Source: Elusimicrobiota bacterium
GTDB lineage: Bacteria > Elusimicrobiota > Elusimicrobia > UBA1565 > UBA9628
Assembly: GCA_028868375.1 (NCBI GenBank)
Contig: JAGWUP010000009.1
Coordinates: 32,538 to 96,537 of the forward strand
Length of the DNA: 64,000 bases
Direction: 5' to 3'
This document shows positions 9,763-18,507 of this stretch, piece by piece. Position numbers and translations under genes: made by a program. The notes below the pieces were generated by a model. The model was not told the origin of the DNA, searched no databases, and was given only the letters and a program-made list of their open reading frames with translations. Each line of letters opens with the position of its first letter. The first letter of the stretch is position 1.

Positions 9763-10362
9763 TTAGACGTCCTCCGGGGCGACTAAGTGCCGCAGCCGCT
9801 CCAGCAGATCTCGCCGCGCCCTCTGGAGGCGGGCCTTGACGGAATCCAGGGAGCAGTCCATCGTCTCGGCGATCTCCTCATAGCTGAGCCCGTTGAGCTC
9901 GCGCAGGGTCAGGATCAGCCGATAGGCCCGCGGCAGGCCGCCCAAGGCCGCCTCGAGGAGCTGCCTGTCCGCCAGAGCCGGCTCCGGGCCGGGAGCGGCC
10001 GGCAGGCGCAAGGCCGCTCCGGGGTCCTCCAGGGCCGCGTCGAGAGAGCGCGCCCCGGAACGCCCCATGCGCCTGCGCCAGTCGAGGCATTTGTTGGCGG
10101 CGATGCGGTAAAGCCAGCTAGAGAAGGCGCAGTCGCCGCGAAAATCTCCCAGGGCGGAGTAGGCCTTGAGAAAGGCCTCCTGCGCCGCGTCCTCGGCAGC
10201 CTCGGGCAGCAGCGAGCGGCACAGGGCGATGATCCGCGGGTGGTGGCGCCTGATCAGCTCGGCATAGGCGCCGTCGTCTCCCGCCTTGACCCGAGCGACG
10301 AGTTCCAAATCGGTGATGAGAGGGATATTACTATATGCCGATGATGGACGCCCGCCGCTCAA
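9763..10362 (-). CDS. ECF RNA polymerase sigma factor (start uncertain)
   Basis: AEDAAQEAFLKAY, FSSWLYRIAAN, LSYEEIAE...VKARLQRAR. Confidence 0.9.
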   Translation of the reverse strand: MSGGRPSSAYSNIPLITDLELVARVKAGDDGAYAELIRRHHPRIIALCRSLLPEAAEDAAQEAFLKAYSALGDFRGDCAFSSWLYRIAANKCLDWRRRMGRSGARSLDAALEDPGAALRLPAAPGPEPALADRQLLEAALGGLPRAYRLILTLRELNGLSYEEIAETMDCSLDSVKARLQRARRDLLERLRHLVAPEDV

Positions 10363-10379
10363 AGCGCTACAGTGTCTGC

Positions 10380-11015
10380 ATGCGCGACGATCGCGGCAAG
10401 GACAAGGGCGGCGTGCTCGCCGAGCATGGAAGCTGGGAGGCGGTCTATCGCGACCTCAAGCCGGAGGAGCTTCCCTGGAATGCGGGGGGACCGGACCCGG
10501 AGCTCGTCTCGCTCGTGGACTCCGGGGCGATCCCCGTCGGCCGCGCCATCGACATCGGCGCCGGGCCGGGTCACGACGCGATTTTCCTGGCCAAGCGCGG
10601 CTTCCGCGTGCTCGCCTTAGACATCGCCGCCTCCGCCATAGAGCTGGCGAAAGCCAACGCCAAGAAAGCCCGCGTAGGGGTCGCCATCGATTTCAGGGTC
10701 GAGGACGTCCTCAAGCTCTCCTCGCCTCCCGGCTCGGCCACCTTCGTCAACGACCGCGGCTGTTTTCACGTCCTGCCGGAACACCAGCGACGCGACTACC
10801 TGCGGCGGATCGGCGACGTCCTGGTCCGCGGCGGCCAGCTGCTGCTGAGGACCTTCAGCGAGAAGGAGCCGCCGGGTCCCGGGCCGCATCGCTTCACCGG
10901 CGAGCAGTTGGAGCGGATATTCTTTCCCCGCTTCGACTTCCTGCGCATGAAGGAAGGCCTCTTCGAGGGACCCCGCAAGCCCAAGGCACTGGTCTGTCTG
11001 CTGCGCAAAAAGTAG
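10380..11015 (+). CDS. Class I SAM-dependent methyltransferase (TPMT/TehB-like)
   Basis: LPWN, DIGAGPG motif I, DRGCFH. Confidence 0.85.
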   Translation: MRDDRGKDKGGVLAEHGSWEAVYRDLKPEELPWNAGGPDPELVSLVDSGAIPVGRAIDIGAGPGHDAIFLAKRGFRVLALDIAASAIELAKANAKKARVGVAIDFRVEDVLKLSSPPGSATFVNDRGCFHVLPEHQRRDYLRRIGDVLVRGGQLLLRTFSEKEPPGPGPHRFTGEQLERIFFPRFDFLRMKEGLFEGPRKPKALVCLLRKK

Positions 11016-11020
11016 CCGCG

Positions 11021-11896
11021 CTAGGGCGTTCCCGGCTCAGGCCGTCCCGCCGTCCCCACGCTCAACACCGGAAGACTCGAGTAGCGCAAGAGGCGCTGGA
11101 CCGTCATACCGAATCTCCATTCGCGCCAGAAGGGCTTGCGGTGCGCGGCCATGACGATGAGGTCGTAGCCGCCCAGCTCCGCCTCGCGCAGGATGGCTTC
11201 GGCAGGCTCGTAACGCGAGTGCTGGGCGATGAAGAGCGCCGAGCCGGCCGTCAGTTCTTCGACGTGCCGCCGCAGCTCATGCGCGGATTGCTCTTCCAGG
11301 GCTGATTCCGCCACATGGAGGACCCCTAGCGAAGCCTTCACGCTGCGCGCGAAAGCATCGGCATAAAGCAGGGCGCGGTCAGCGTAGTCTGTGAACTTCA
11401 TCGGGACCAGGACCTTCCTGGGCCAGCCGCCGTCGCTCCAGCGCGGCACGACCAACACCGGCACCCCGGTCTCGGCGATGACGGCCTCGGCGGTGGAGCC
11501 CAACACGGCCCTCGAAATGCCGGAGCGGCCGTGCGTGCCCATGGCGATCAATCCGCAGGAGCGCTCCCGTGCCGCTTCGACGATGGCCTCATCCGCGGGC
11601 CCATCCCTCACCCAGCAGGGTAAATCCGTTCCGGCGAATGTCTGCATCCTCATTTGCAGGCGACGGCGAAAGTCATCCAATTGCCGTCGTTCCTCCTGCG
11701 TGCCCTCGTTCTGGTTGAGGAAGGCCGGGATGTCCGCCGCACAGAGCAGCTCCAAGCGCGCGCTCCAGCGCTCCGCCAAGGCGCGCGCGGCGCACAGGGC
11801 AGCCACGGAGCGCCGACGGAGGTCGACGGCGCAGAGTATCCTCTCCGCCGGAGCCGTGACCATCGCCTCCTTGGAGGCTTGAGTCTGAGTCGTCAT
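11021..11896 (-). CDS. Tandem-domain universal stress protein
   Basis: ILCAVD...MGTHGRSG...LGSTAE...PVLVV, then a second USP domain. Confidence 0.85.
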   Translation of the reverse strand: MTTQTQASKEAMVTAPAERILCAVDLRRRSVAALCAARALAERWSARLELLCAADIPAFLNQNEGTQEERRQLDDFRRRLQMRMQTFAGTDLPCWVRDGPADEAIVEAARERSCGLIAMGTHGRSGISRAVLGSTAEAVIAETGVPVLVVPRWSDGGWPRKVLVPMKFTDYADRALLYADAFARSVKASLGVLHVAESALEEQSAHELRRHVEELTAGSALFIAQHSRYEPAEAILREAELGGYDLIVMAAHRKPFWREWRFGMTVQRLLRYSSLPVLSVGTAGRPEPGTP

Positions 11897-11909
11897 GGAC
11901 CCCCCTCGC

Positions 11910-12752
11910 TCAACTGCTGGCGCCCAGGGCCTCCAGGCGTCGCTCCACTTGGGCCGCGCGCCCGGCCTGCCCGCAGCGCATAAATCCATCCCGCGCCTCC
12001 TGCAGGCATATGCGGGCCAAACGCGTCGTCTCCCGAGGATCCGGTTGGCAGGAGGCTAATTGGAGATAGCCGCCGGCCCGATTGAGTTGGGTGGCGGCGT
12101 ACTCGCAAGGATATCGGCTCTTTGAGCGTACCCTCAAGGCACGCTCAAAATGGCGCAGAGCGCGGCAGGCGTTTTGTTGCGGCCGTGCCGCGCCAGCGCA
12201 AAGACCCAAGAATGCGCTGCCCAAACCGTCGTGCAATCGCGCGTTTTTAAGCGGCATCAGCTGGAATGTAAAGACGCGCAGTGCTCTCCGGTAGCAGTCG
12301 ATCGCCTTAAGCGTGCTGGCCTTCCGGTCCTTAGAGGGCAGCTCGCGATATGCGATCGCCAAATTCTCAAGCGCGTCCGCGTAGAGCGCCGGAACCTGCC
12401 GGCGCGTCAACACCACCAAGGCCGCCTCGTAATGAAACACCGCATCCTCCCATGCCTTGGGAAAACCAGCCCCGGCCAAGCGGCGGCAAGCCTCGCCCTG
12501 CTTGCAGCGCTGCCGGGCCCAAGCGTCGATTTCTTCTTTCCTCATATATATCGCAGCCGCCGCTCCAAAACAAAGAATCGCCTCGCCGAAGCGCTCCTCC
12601 GGCTCTAGCCCCAGCCCCAGCGAGGCGCGGCCAAGCAGGTCGAGAAGCCTGGCTCTGGGCAAGCCCCCCCCGCCGGAAGCCAATCGCCGGCGCATGCCGC
12701 GCAGAAGCGTCAGCGCGACTCCACTCAGACGCCCCAGCATCCTCTCGCGCAT
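11910..12752 (-). CDS. TPR-like helical repeat protein
   Basis: Repeats such as YADALENLAIAY, AIDCYRRALRV, ALRHFERALRV, YAATQLNRAGGY. Confidence 0.65.
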   Translation of the reverse strand: MRERMLGRLSGVALTLLRGMRRRLASGGGGLPRARLLDLLGRASLGLGLEPEERFGEAILCFGAAAAIYMRKEEIDAWARQRCKQGEACRRLAGAGFPKAWEDAVFHYEAALVVLTRRQVPALYADALENLAIAYRELPSKDRKASTLKAIDCYRRALRVFTFQLMPLKNARLHDGLGSAFLGLCAGAARPQQNACRALRHFERALRVRSKSRYPCEYAATQLNRAGGYLQLASCQPDPRETTRLARICLQEARDGFMRCGQAGRAAQVERRLEALGASS

Positions 12753-12782
12753 ATGCCTCCAGCGCGTCACGTTATTGAAGCC

Positions 12783-12798
12783 CGCAACGCGCCTGCCA
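12783..12798 (-). promoter_or_regulatory. Sigma54-type -24/-12 element, TGGCAGGCGCGTTGCG, upstream of the TPR-USP genes
   Basis: GG-N10-GC about 30 nt upstream of the ATG at 12752. Confidence 0.7.
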
Positions 12799-12830
12799 GG
12801 GCGCAAGTTGCTCGCTAGGCCGCGGCCTTA

Positions 12831-13110
12831 GAGCCTATCCCATAACTACAAGGCCACTCGGAGGGCCGAGTCCGCGACGATTTCGAGAAGCGAGGAGGGA
12901 GCATAGCGATAGCTATGTGACCGACGAGCGACGAAGAAATCGGCCGGAATCGGCCCTCCCTTCCCTTAAATCAAAAAAGAGGGGTCGAGCGCTTTCGGTC
13001 CCTGGCTGCATTGCTCATCGCTTACATGCCTATCGGCATGCTCGCTCTTCGCGCCTTGCCAGAAACCAAAAGCGCTCGACCAAGTGGCCTTGTAGTTATG
13101 GGATAGGCTC
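12831..13110. mobile_element. Non-autonomous MITE, 280 bp, IS5/IS1031-like ends
   Basis: Perfect 28-bp TIR GAGCCTATCCCATAACTACAAGGCCACT (12831-12858 / 13083-13110); TTA direct repeats at 12828-12830 and 13111-13113; no transposase. Confidence 0.85.
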
Positions 13111-14268
13111 TTAGGCGTGGTGGTGGAGGCTTTCGACGAGGTAGGGATCGCGCAGAGCCACCGGGGGAGCGGCGCTGAAGGTTCGGTCGAAGAGCAGGAT
13201 GAAGAGTCCGCCCGCCCCCAAGAATGCCCCCACCTCAAGCCAGCCGAACTGCGGATGAATGGTGACGGAGGGGCCGACCAAAAGGTAGAGATCGAGGCAG
13301 CGGCCGAAGAGCAGCAAAATGCAAACGGAAAATAAGCGGCGGATGCGCTTCTTTTGTCCGGCCGGCAAAAGAAGGGCGAAGGGCAAGGCGAAATTCACGA
13401 TCGGGTTGAGCCAGAAAAGAGGCTTCCAGCCGTTCGCCATGCGCGTGACGTAGTGGGCCGTCTCCTCGGGGAGATTGGAATACCAGATCAGAAGGTACTG
13501 GCAGAACCAAAGGTAGGCCCAGAAACAAGAAAAGGCGAAGAGGTACTTGCCAAGATCGTGGAAGTGGTGGGAGTTGAGCTCCCGATAGAGGCCGCGGCGA
13601 TGCAACAGCAGAAGAAGAAGGACCATCACGGCCAGCCCGGCCATGAACAAGCCGGAGAAAAGGTACCAAGGATAGATCGTGCTGTACCAGTCCGGCTCCA
13701 GGGACATGATCCAGAGAATCGCCGCCGCGGTGAAGGTCAGGGAAAAGGCGACGAGAAAGGCGGCGGAGACGCGCATCGCCCGCTCGCTTAAGTCCGCGCC
13801 GTCCCGCTCGTCCTGCGCCCGGGAAAGGCGGATCAAGGAGCGCGAGAGTCCGTACCAGACGGCGAAGCAGACGGCGGAGATGATGAAGAAGGAGACGGGA
13901 TTGAGAAACGCCGTCTTGGCGCGCAAAACGGGGTCTGCGGCCACCGTGGCGCTGTCGGCCCAAGGATAAAGCTTGCCGACGCCGAAGCATTGCAGGGCCA
14001 TCAACGCGGCGCCGACCGGCAGGTAGGCGCCCATGGCCTCCGGCACGCGGCAGAAGAGCGCCGACCAGCCGGCGCTGGACAGACGCTGGATCGCGGCGAA
14101 GACGAGCCCCCCCAAAGCCACGCAAACGAAGAAAAAGTTCGCCATCAGCAGAGCGCTCCAGGCGCGCCTCGGCTCCAGGAGCAAGCCCGCCGCCAGCACG
14201 GCGGCTGCCGCCGCCGCCAGAATGCCGAGCGTCCTCCTCTGATTTTCGTCCAATAGTCTAGCGGTCAT
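13111..14268 (-). CDS. actF: Alternative complex III subunit F
   Basis: Polytopic; WIMSLEPDWYSTIY, HDLGKYLFAFS.FWAYLWF.QYLLIWY.NLPEE. Confidence 0.9.
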   Translation of the reverse strand: MTARLLDENQRRTLGILAAAAAAVLAAGLLLEPRRAWSALLMANFFFVCVALGGLVFAAIQRLSSAGWSALFCRVPEAMGAYLPVGAALMALQCFGVGKLYPWADSATVAADPVLRAKTAFLNPVSFFIISAVCFAVWYGLSRSLIRLSRAQDERDGADLSERAMRVSAAFLVAFSLTFTAAAILWIMSLEPDWYSTIYPWYLFSGLFMAGLAVMVLLLLLLHRRGLYRELNSHHFHDLGKYLFAFSCFWAYLWFCQYLLIWYSNLPEETAHYVTRMANGWKPLFWLNPIVNFALPFALLLPAGQKKRIRRLFSVCILLLFGRCLDLYLLVGPSVTIHPQFGWLEVGAFLGAGGLFILLFDRTFSAAPPVALRDPYLVESLHHHA

Positions 14269-16610
14269 GATGAGGGCTTCCCCGTTTCCCATGTCCTGAG
14301 GTATGCCACGATCTCGCGAATCTCGTCGGCCGACAGGGCCCGCACGCCCGGAGCGCCCAAGGCGAAAGGAGGCATCGGCGTGCCCGGACGCCCCATCGCG
14401 ATCGTCGCCAGCAGGAAGTTGTCGTCAGCCGCCTTTAGGAAGCCTGGATTATGCAAAGAGGGTCCGTAGTCGCCAGCTTCCAAGCCGTGCTTGCCCAATC
14501 CCCCCTCGCCGTGGCAGCGGGCGCAGTTCTGCTTGAAAAGGGCGCGGCCGCGCAGCGCCAGGGCCGGGGAGCGGTCGACCTCGCGCCGCTCGACGGGCGG
14601 ATGCCCGGAAAAGCTCATGAGATAGGTCGCCACGCTTTCGATGTCGTCTTCCGACAAATGGACCTTGCCGCTGTAAAAGGACGGCATGGGGGTATGATCG
14701 CGCCCGAGAACGAGGGTCGCCGCGATGAAACCGGCCGAGGCCACCCGCTGGAAGCCGGGCGCCCCCAGAGACGGCCCGCTGCCGCCCTGGGCGTGCTCGC
14801 CATGGCATTTCGCGCAGCCGGCCTTGCTGTGGAAGATCTCGTTGCCGTCGTCGGCGAAGGACCAGGAGAAGGTCGGCTTGAGGATCTCGGCGGGCGGATG
14901 CCTTTGAATTTGGCGCAAGTAGGCGATGACGTTATCGATATCGCCGACGCTCAGGGGATCGCGATCCCGATGCAGGAAGCCCTTCATCTCCGTTCCCCGC
15001 TTGCCGTGGGCGATCGTCTGGAAGAGGAAATCGTCGCTGACTTGGGTGCCGAAGGTGGGATTGCCGATCTGGGCGCCGACGTCGCCGGAGCCTCCGGCCA
15101 TGTGGCACTTCTGGCAGTTCGCCTTAAAGAGCGCCTGGCCAAGCTTCGGATCCCCGGAGATCGTCTTATTGGAGAGCGCGACGGAGGGCTCCGTCTGCCA
15201 GGAGCGGATGTGCGTGATGACGGCCGCAAGCTCCGCGGCGGAGAGCTGGCGCCAAGCGGGCATCGCGGTCTGCGGCCTTCCCTCGGTGATCACGTTATAA
15301 AGGAAGTGGTTGTCGGCCATCGAAAGGAAAGAGGGGCTGTTGAGGCGCGAGCCGATGCCGCCATCCCCATTCTGGCCGTGGCAGCCGGCGCAGCGCATCG
15401 CGAAGACGCGCGCTCCCTGGGCATTGGTGACGCGCGGCAGGAGGCGCTGGACCCGGGACCAGGACGGCGGCCTCGAGCGCCAGCTCTGGATCGCGGCGGA
15501 CAGATCGGCGACATCGGAAGCCTTCAAGCCGTAGGCCGCCGGCATCGCGGTATGGGGGCGTCCCCAAGCGATCGTCTCCCGCAGGAAACGCTTGGAGGCG
15601 ATGGAAAGGAAGGCGGGGCCGTTGAGGGAATTGCCGATGCCGCCCTGGCCGTTGCGGCCATGGCAGCCGGCGCAGCGCTTGGCAAAAAGGGCCTTCCCTT
15701 GAACGGCGTCGCCTCGGGCGGCCACCAGGCTGGCCGCGCTCGGGGCCGGCGTCGCCCAGGAGCGGATGTAGCGGACCAAGCTTTCGATCTGCGTCGGCGT
15801 CAAGGCCCCGCCCCAAGCCGGCATCGCGGTCCCCGCCCGCCCATGGGTTATGGTCTGACGGTAGTAATTATTGTCGGCGACGGCCAAGACGCTGGGCTGA
15901 TGCAGCGTCGGCACGCCATGCTGCGGATGAAGCCCTTCTTGGCCGTGGCAGACGGCGCAATGCTGGGCGAAGAGCTCCTTGCCGTAGCCGGCGGAGACGA
16001 GGGAGTCGCGGCGGGAGTCCTCCAAGGGGCTGCGCGGATAGGCGTGTCTGGCGATCTCCTGGCGCTGCAGGTTGCGCAGGTAGAGGATGATCTTCCAGCG
16101 ATCCTTCTGGGGAATTTGCGAGCCGTGCGCCGGCATCATGTTGAAGCCGTAGGTGATGACGTCGAAGATCGTGCCGTCCTTGAGGGCGTAGACCGATGGG
16201 GTCGCGATCGGAAAGGAAAAGGCCGGAAACAACTTGGCGACCGGACCGTCGCCCAGCCCCTCCTGCCCATGGCAGTGGGAGCAGTAGGCCTGGAAAAGCT
16301 GTTTGCCCTGGATCAGATTCTGGTAGGTCGGCAGCAATGGGTTCTTGAGCTCGCGGCCGGCAAGCTCGCGCCCCGCCGCGCCCGGACCGTAGGGCAGGGG
16401 CATGTAGCCGCGCGGGATGGTGCCGGGAACCGGCGGCTGCTCGGTGCGTCCGCCGGGCAAAACGGAATTTGGCATCTGGGATTTGTAGGCCTTCGAGTAG
16501 ACCATGTCGTTGAAAAGCCGCCAATGCGGCTCCTGCAAATCCCGCCGCACGGCCAGCACCATCGCCACCGCCGCCAGGACCAGGGCCGCCGGAGCCAGGA
16601 AACGCTTCAT
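14265..16610 (-). CDS. actE: ActE fused to six additional class I cytochrome c domains (7 CxxCH)
   Basis: N-terminal ActE motifs DMVYSKAYK...PPVPGTIPRG...CSHCHG..G.GDG; then CAVCH, CAGCH, CAGCH, CQKCH, CAKCH, CARCH, each with a distal Met. Confidence 0.85.
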   Translation of the reverse strand: MKRFLAPAALVLAAVAMVLAVRRDLQEPHWRLFNDMVYSKAYKSQMPNSVLPGGRTEQPPVPGTIPRGYMPLPYGPGAAGRELAGRELKNPLLPTYQNLIQGKQLFQAYCSHCHGQEGLGDGPVAKLFPAFSFPIATPSVYALKDGTIFDVITYGFNMMPAHGSQIPQKDRWKIILYLRNLQRQEIARHAYPRSPLEDSRRDSLVSAGYGKELFAQHCAVCHGQEGLHPQHGVPTLHQPSVLAVADNNYYRQTITHGRAGTAMPAWGGALTPTQIESLVRYIRSWATPAPSAASLVAARGDAVQGKALFAKRCAGCHGRNGQGGIGNSLNGPAFLSIASKRFLRETIAWGRPHTAMPAAYGLKASDVADLSAAIQSWRSRPPSWSRVQRLLPRVTNAQGARVFAMRCAGCHGQNGDGGIGSRLNSPSFLSMADNHFLYNVITEGRPQTAMPAWRQLSAAELAAVITHIRSWQTEPSVALSNKTISGDPKLGQALFKANCQKCHMAGGSGDVGAQIGNPTFGTQVSDDFLFQTIAHGKRGTEMKGFLHRDRDPLSVGDIDNVIAYLRQIQRHPPAEILKPTFSWSFADDGNEIFHSKAGCAKCHGEHAQGGSGPSLGAPGFQRVASAGFIAATLVLGRDHTPMPSFYSGKVHLSEDDIESVATYLMSFSGHPPVERREVDRSPALALRGRALFKQNCARCHGEGGLGKHGLEAGDYGPSLHNPGFLKAADDNFLLATIAMGRPGTPMPPFALGAPGVRALSADEIREIVAYLRTWETGKPSS

Positions 16611-17137
16611 GAGCCGGCTCCCGTCTCCACGACCCTGGACGCCCCCTGCTCCTCGAGGAAGCGCTGCACGACGCCCTCGCCGACCCCATCCGGCCCCTCG
16701 CGAAAGGTCAGCAGGAAGCGATCGTCAAGGGCGCCCAAGCCCTCCATGGCAGGACGGCGGCCGGGATGGAGGCGGCGCATGCGCATGAAGGTGGCGACCG
16801 TCCCCAGGCCGGCGATCAGCACGGTCAGCTCGAAGGCGATCGGGATGAGCGCTGGAGAGGCGTCGTAGGACTTGCCGCCGATGTTCAACGGCCAGTCGAA
16901 GACGCTGACCCAATATTGAAAGGAAAGGGCGGCGGTCAAGCCGATGGCGCCGAAGAGGAGGCAGAAGCGCGGCAAGGGCGAGGGCGCAAGACCCAGGGCC
17001 TCGTCCATGCCGTGGACCGGATAGGGCGTATAAGCGTCATGGACCGGCAGGCCGGCGGCTCGCGCCAGGCGGGCCGCGCGAAGCAGCTTCGTCTCCGATT
17101 CGAAGACGCCGACCACGAAACGATGCGGATGCGTCAT
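16607..17137 (-). CDS. actD: Alternative complex III subunit D (DUF3341)
   Basis: DAYTPYPVHGMDEAL, DWPLNIGGK, IPIAFELTVL. Confidence 0.9.
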   Translation of the reverse strand: MTHPHRFVVGVFESETKLLRAARLARAAGLPVHDAYTPYPVHGMDEALGLAPSPLPRFCLLFGAIGLTAALSFQYWVSVFDWPLNIGGKSYDASPALIPIAFELTVLIAGLGTVATFMRMRRLHPGRRPAMEGLGALDDRFLLTFREGPDGVGEGVVQRFLEEQGASRVVETGAGS

Positions 17138-18507
17138 GCCTCCACCCCGGGGGCGTCCTTGGCGTAATGCAGCACGCTCTTGACCTCGCTCATCGCGATG
17201 ACCGGCAGCACGCGGCAGAAGAGGAAGAAGCAGGTGAAGAACAGCCCGAAGCTGCCGATGAGAGTGCCCACCTCGATATAGGTCGGATAGTACATCCGCC
17301 AGCTCGAGGGCAGGAAATCGCGATGCAGGGAGACCGTGATGATGACCCAGCGCTCAAGCCACATGCCGACGTTGATGAGGATCGAGATCACCCAGACCTT
17401 CCAAGGCGTCCTGCGCACGCGCTTGAACCAAAGGGCCTGCGGCGCGAAGACGTTGCAGAACACCATCGTCCAGTAGAAGGGCCAGTAGGGCCCGCGCATC
17501 CGGTTGACCGTCGAGAAGCGCTCGAAGGGATTGACGCTGTACCAGGAGGTGAACAGCTCCGTGGCGTAGGCCAAGCCCACGATCAGCGAGGTCAAGAGGG
17601 TGATCTTGCACATGGCGTCGATGTGCTCGATGGTGATGTAGGCCTCCAGGCGCATCACCTTGCGGGCGATGATCAAGAGGGTCAGGACCATCGCGAAGCC
17701 CGAGAAGATGGCCCCGCAGACGAAATAGGGCGGAAAGATGGTGCTGTGCCAGCCGGGCAAGATCGAGGTCGCGAAGTCGAAGCTGACGATGGTGTGCACC
17801 GAGAAGACCAGCGGGGTCGCCAGGCCGGCCAGCAGGAGGTACATCGACTCGTAGTGAGACCAGGTCCGCTGCGAGCCGTCCCAGCCGAGGCTCAGGCCCC
17901 GATAGAGCGTCTTACGCCAGCCCCGCGGCAGCCGCGCGGCCAGCGTCGCCAAGTCGGGCAGCAGACCGATGTACCAGAAGGTCGCCGAGATCGTGAAGTA
18001 GGTGCTGATGGCGAAGAAATCCCATAGCAGCGGGGAGCGGAAGTTGACCCAGAGAGGACCCCTGGGGTTGGGGTAGGGCACCACCCAATAGGCCAGCCAG
18101 GGACGGCCCATGTGGATCAATGGGAAAAGCGCGGCGCACATGACGGCGAAGAGGGTCATCGCCTCGGCCGAGCGGTTGATGGAGTTGCGCCAGCGCTGGC
18201 GGAACAGGAAAAGAATGGCGGAGATGAGCGTGCCGGCATGGCCGATACCGACCCAGAATACGAAGTTGGTGATGTCGAAGGACCAGCCGATCGTCTTGTT
18301 GAGGCCCCAGGTGCCGATGCCGGTCCACACCTGGTCGATGACCATGATCAGGCCCGTGAGCAGGGCCGTGGACGACAGGCCGAAACCCAGCCACCACAGG
18401 CGCGTCGGGGTGCGGTCCAGTGGATCGCAGACGTCGCGCGTGACGTCCGCGCAGGTCTTGTCGCCCTCGACCAGCGGCTTTCTCAACAGAGACAGGGTTG
18501 AGGTCAT
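17134..18507 (-). CDS. actC: Alternative complex III subunit C (NrfD/PsrC family)
   Basis: ITNFVFWVGIGHAGTLISAIL, RSPLLWD, SVHTIVSFDFA, WHSTIFPPYF. Confidence 0.95.
   Translation of the reverse strand: MTSTLSLLRKPLVEGDKTCADVTRDVCDPLDRTPTRLWWLGFGLSSTALLTGLIMVIDQVWTGIGTWGLNKTIGWSFDITNFVFWVGIGHAGTLISAILFLFRQRWRNSINRSAEAMTLFAVMCAALFPLIHMGRPWLAYWVVPYPNPRGPLWVNFRSPLLWDFFAISTYFTISATFWYIGLLPDLATLAARLPRGWRKTLYRGLSLGWDGSQRTWSHYESMYLLLAGLATPLVFSVHTIVSFDFATSILPGWHSTIFPPYFVCGAIFSGFAMVLTLLIIARKVMRLEAYITIEHIDAMCKITLLTSLIVGLAYATELFTSWYSVNPFERFSTVNRMRGPYWPFYWTMVFCNVFAPQALWFKRVRRTPWKVWVISILINVGMWLERWVIITVSLHRDFLPSSWRMYYPTYIEVGTLIGSFGLFFTCFFLFCRVLPVIAMSEVKSVLHYAKDAPGVEA

Noticed and set aside
10300..10380. Apparent overlap of ECF sigma and methyltransferase 5' ends
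   Set aside because: Probably a start-calling artefact. The sigma factor likely starts at TTG 10308 or a nearby non-ATG codon, and the methyltransferase at 10380.
12917..13238. Short ORFs inside the MITE
   Set aside because: No transposase or other motif; explained by the repeat element.
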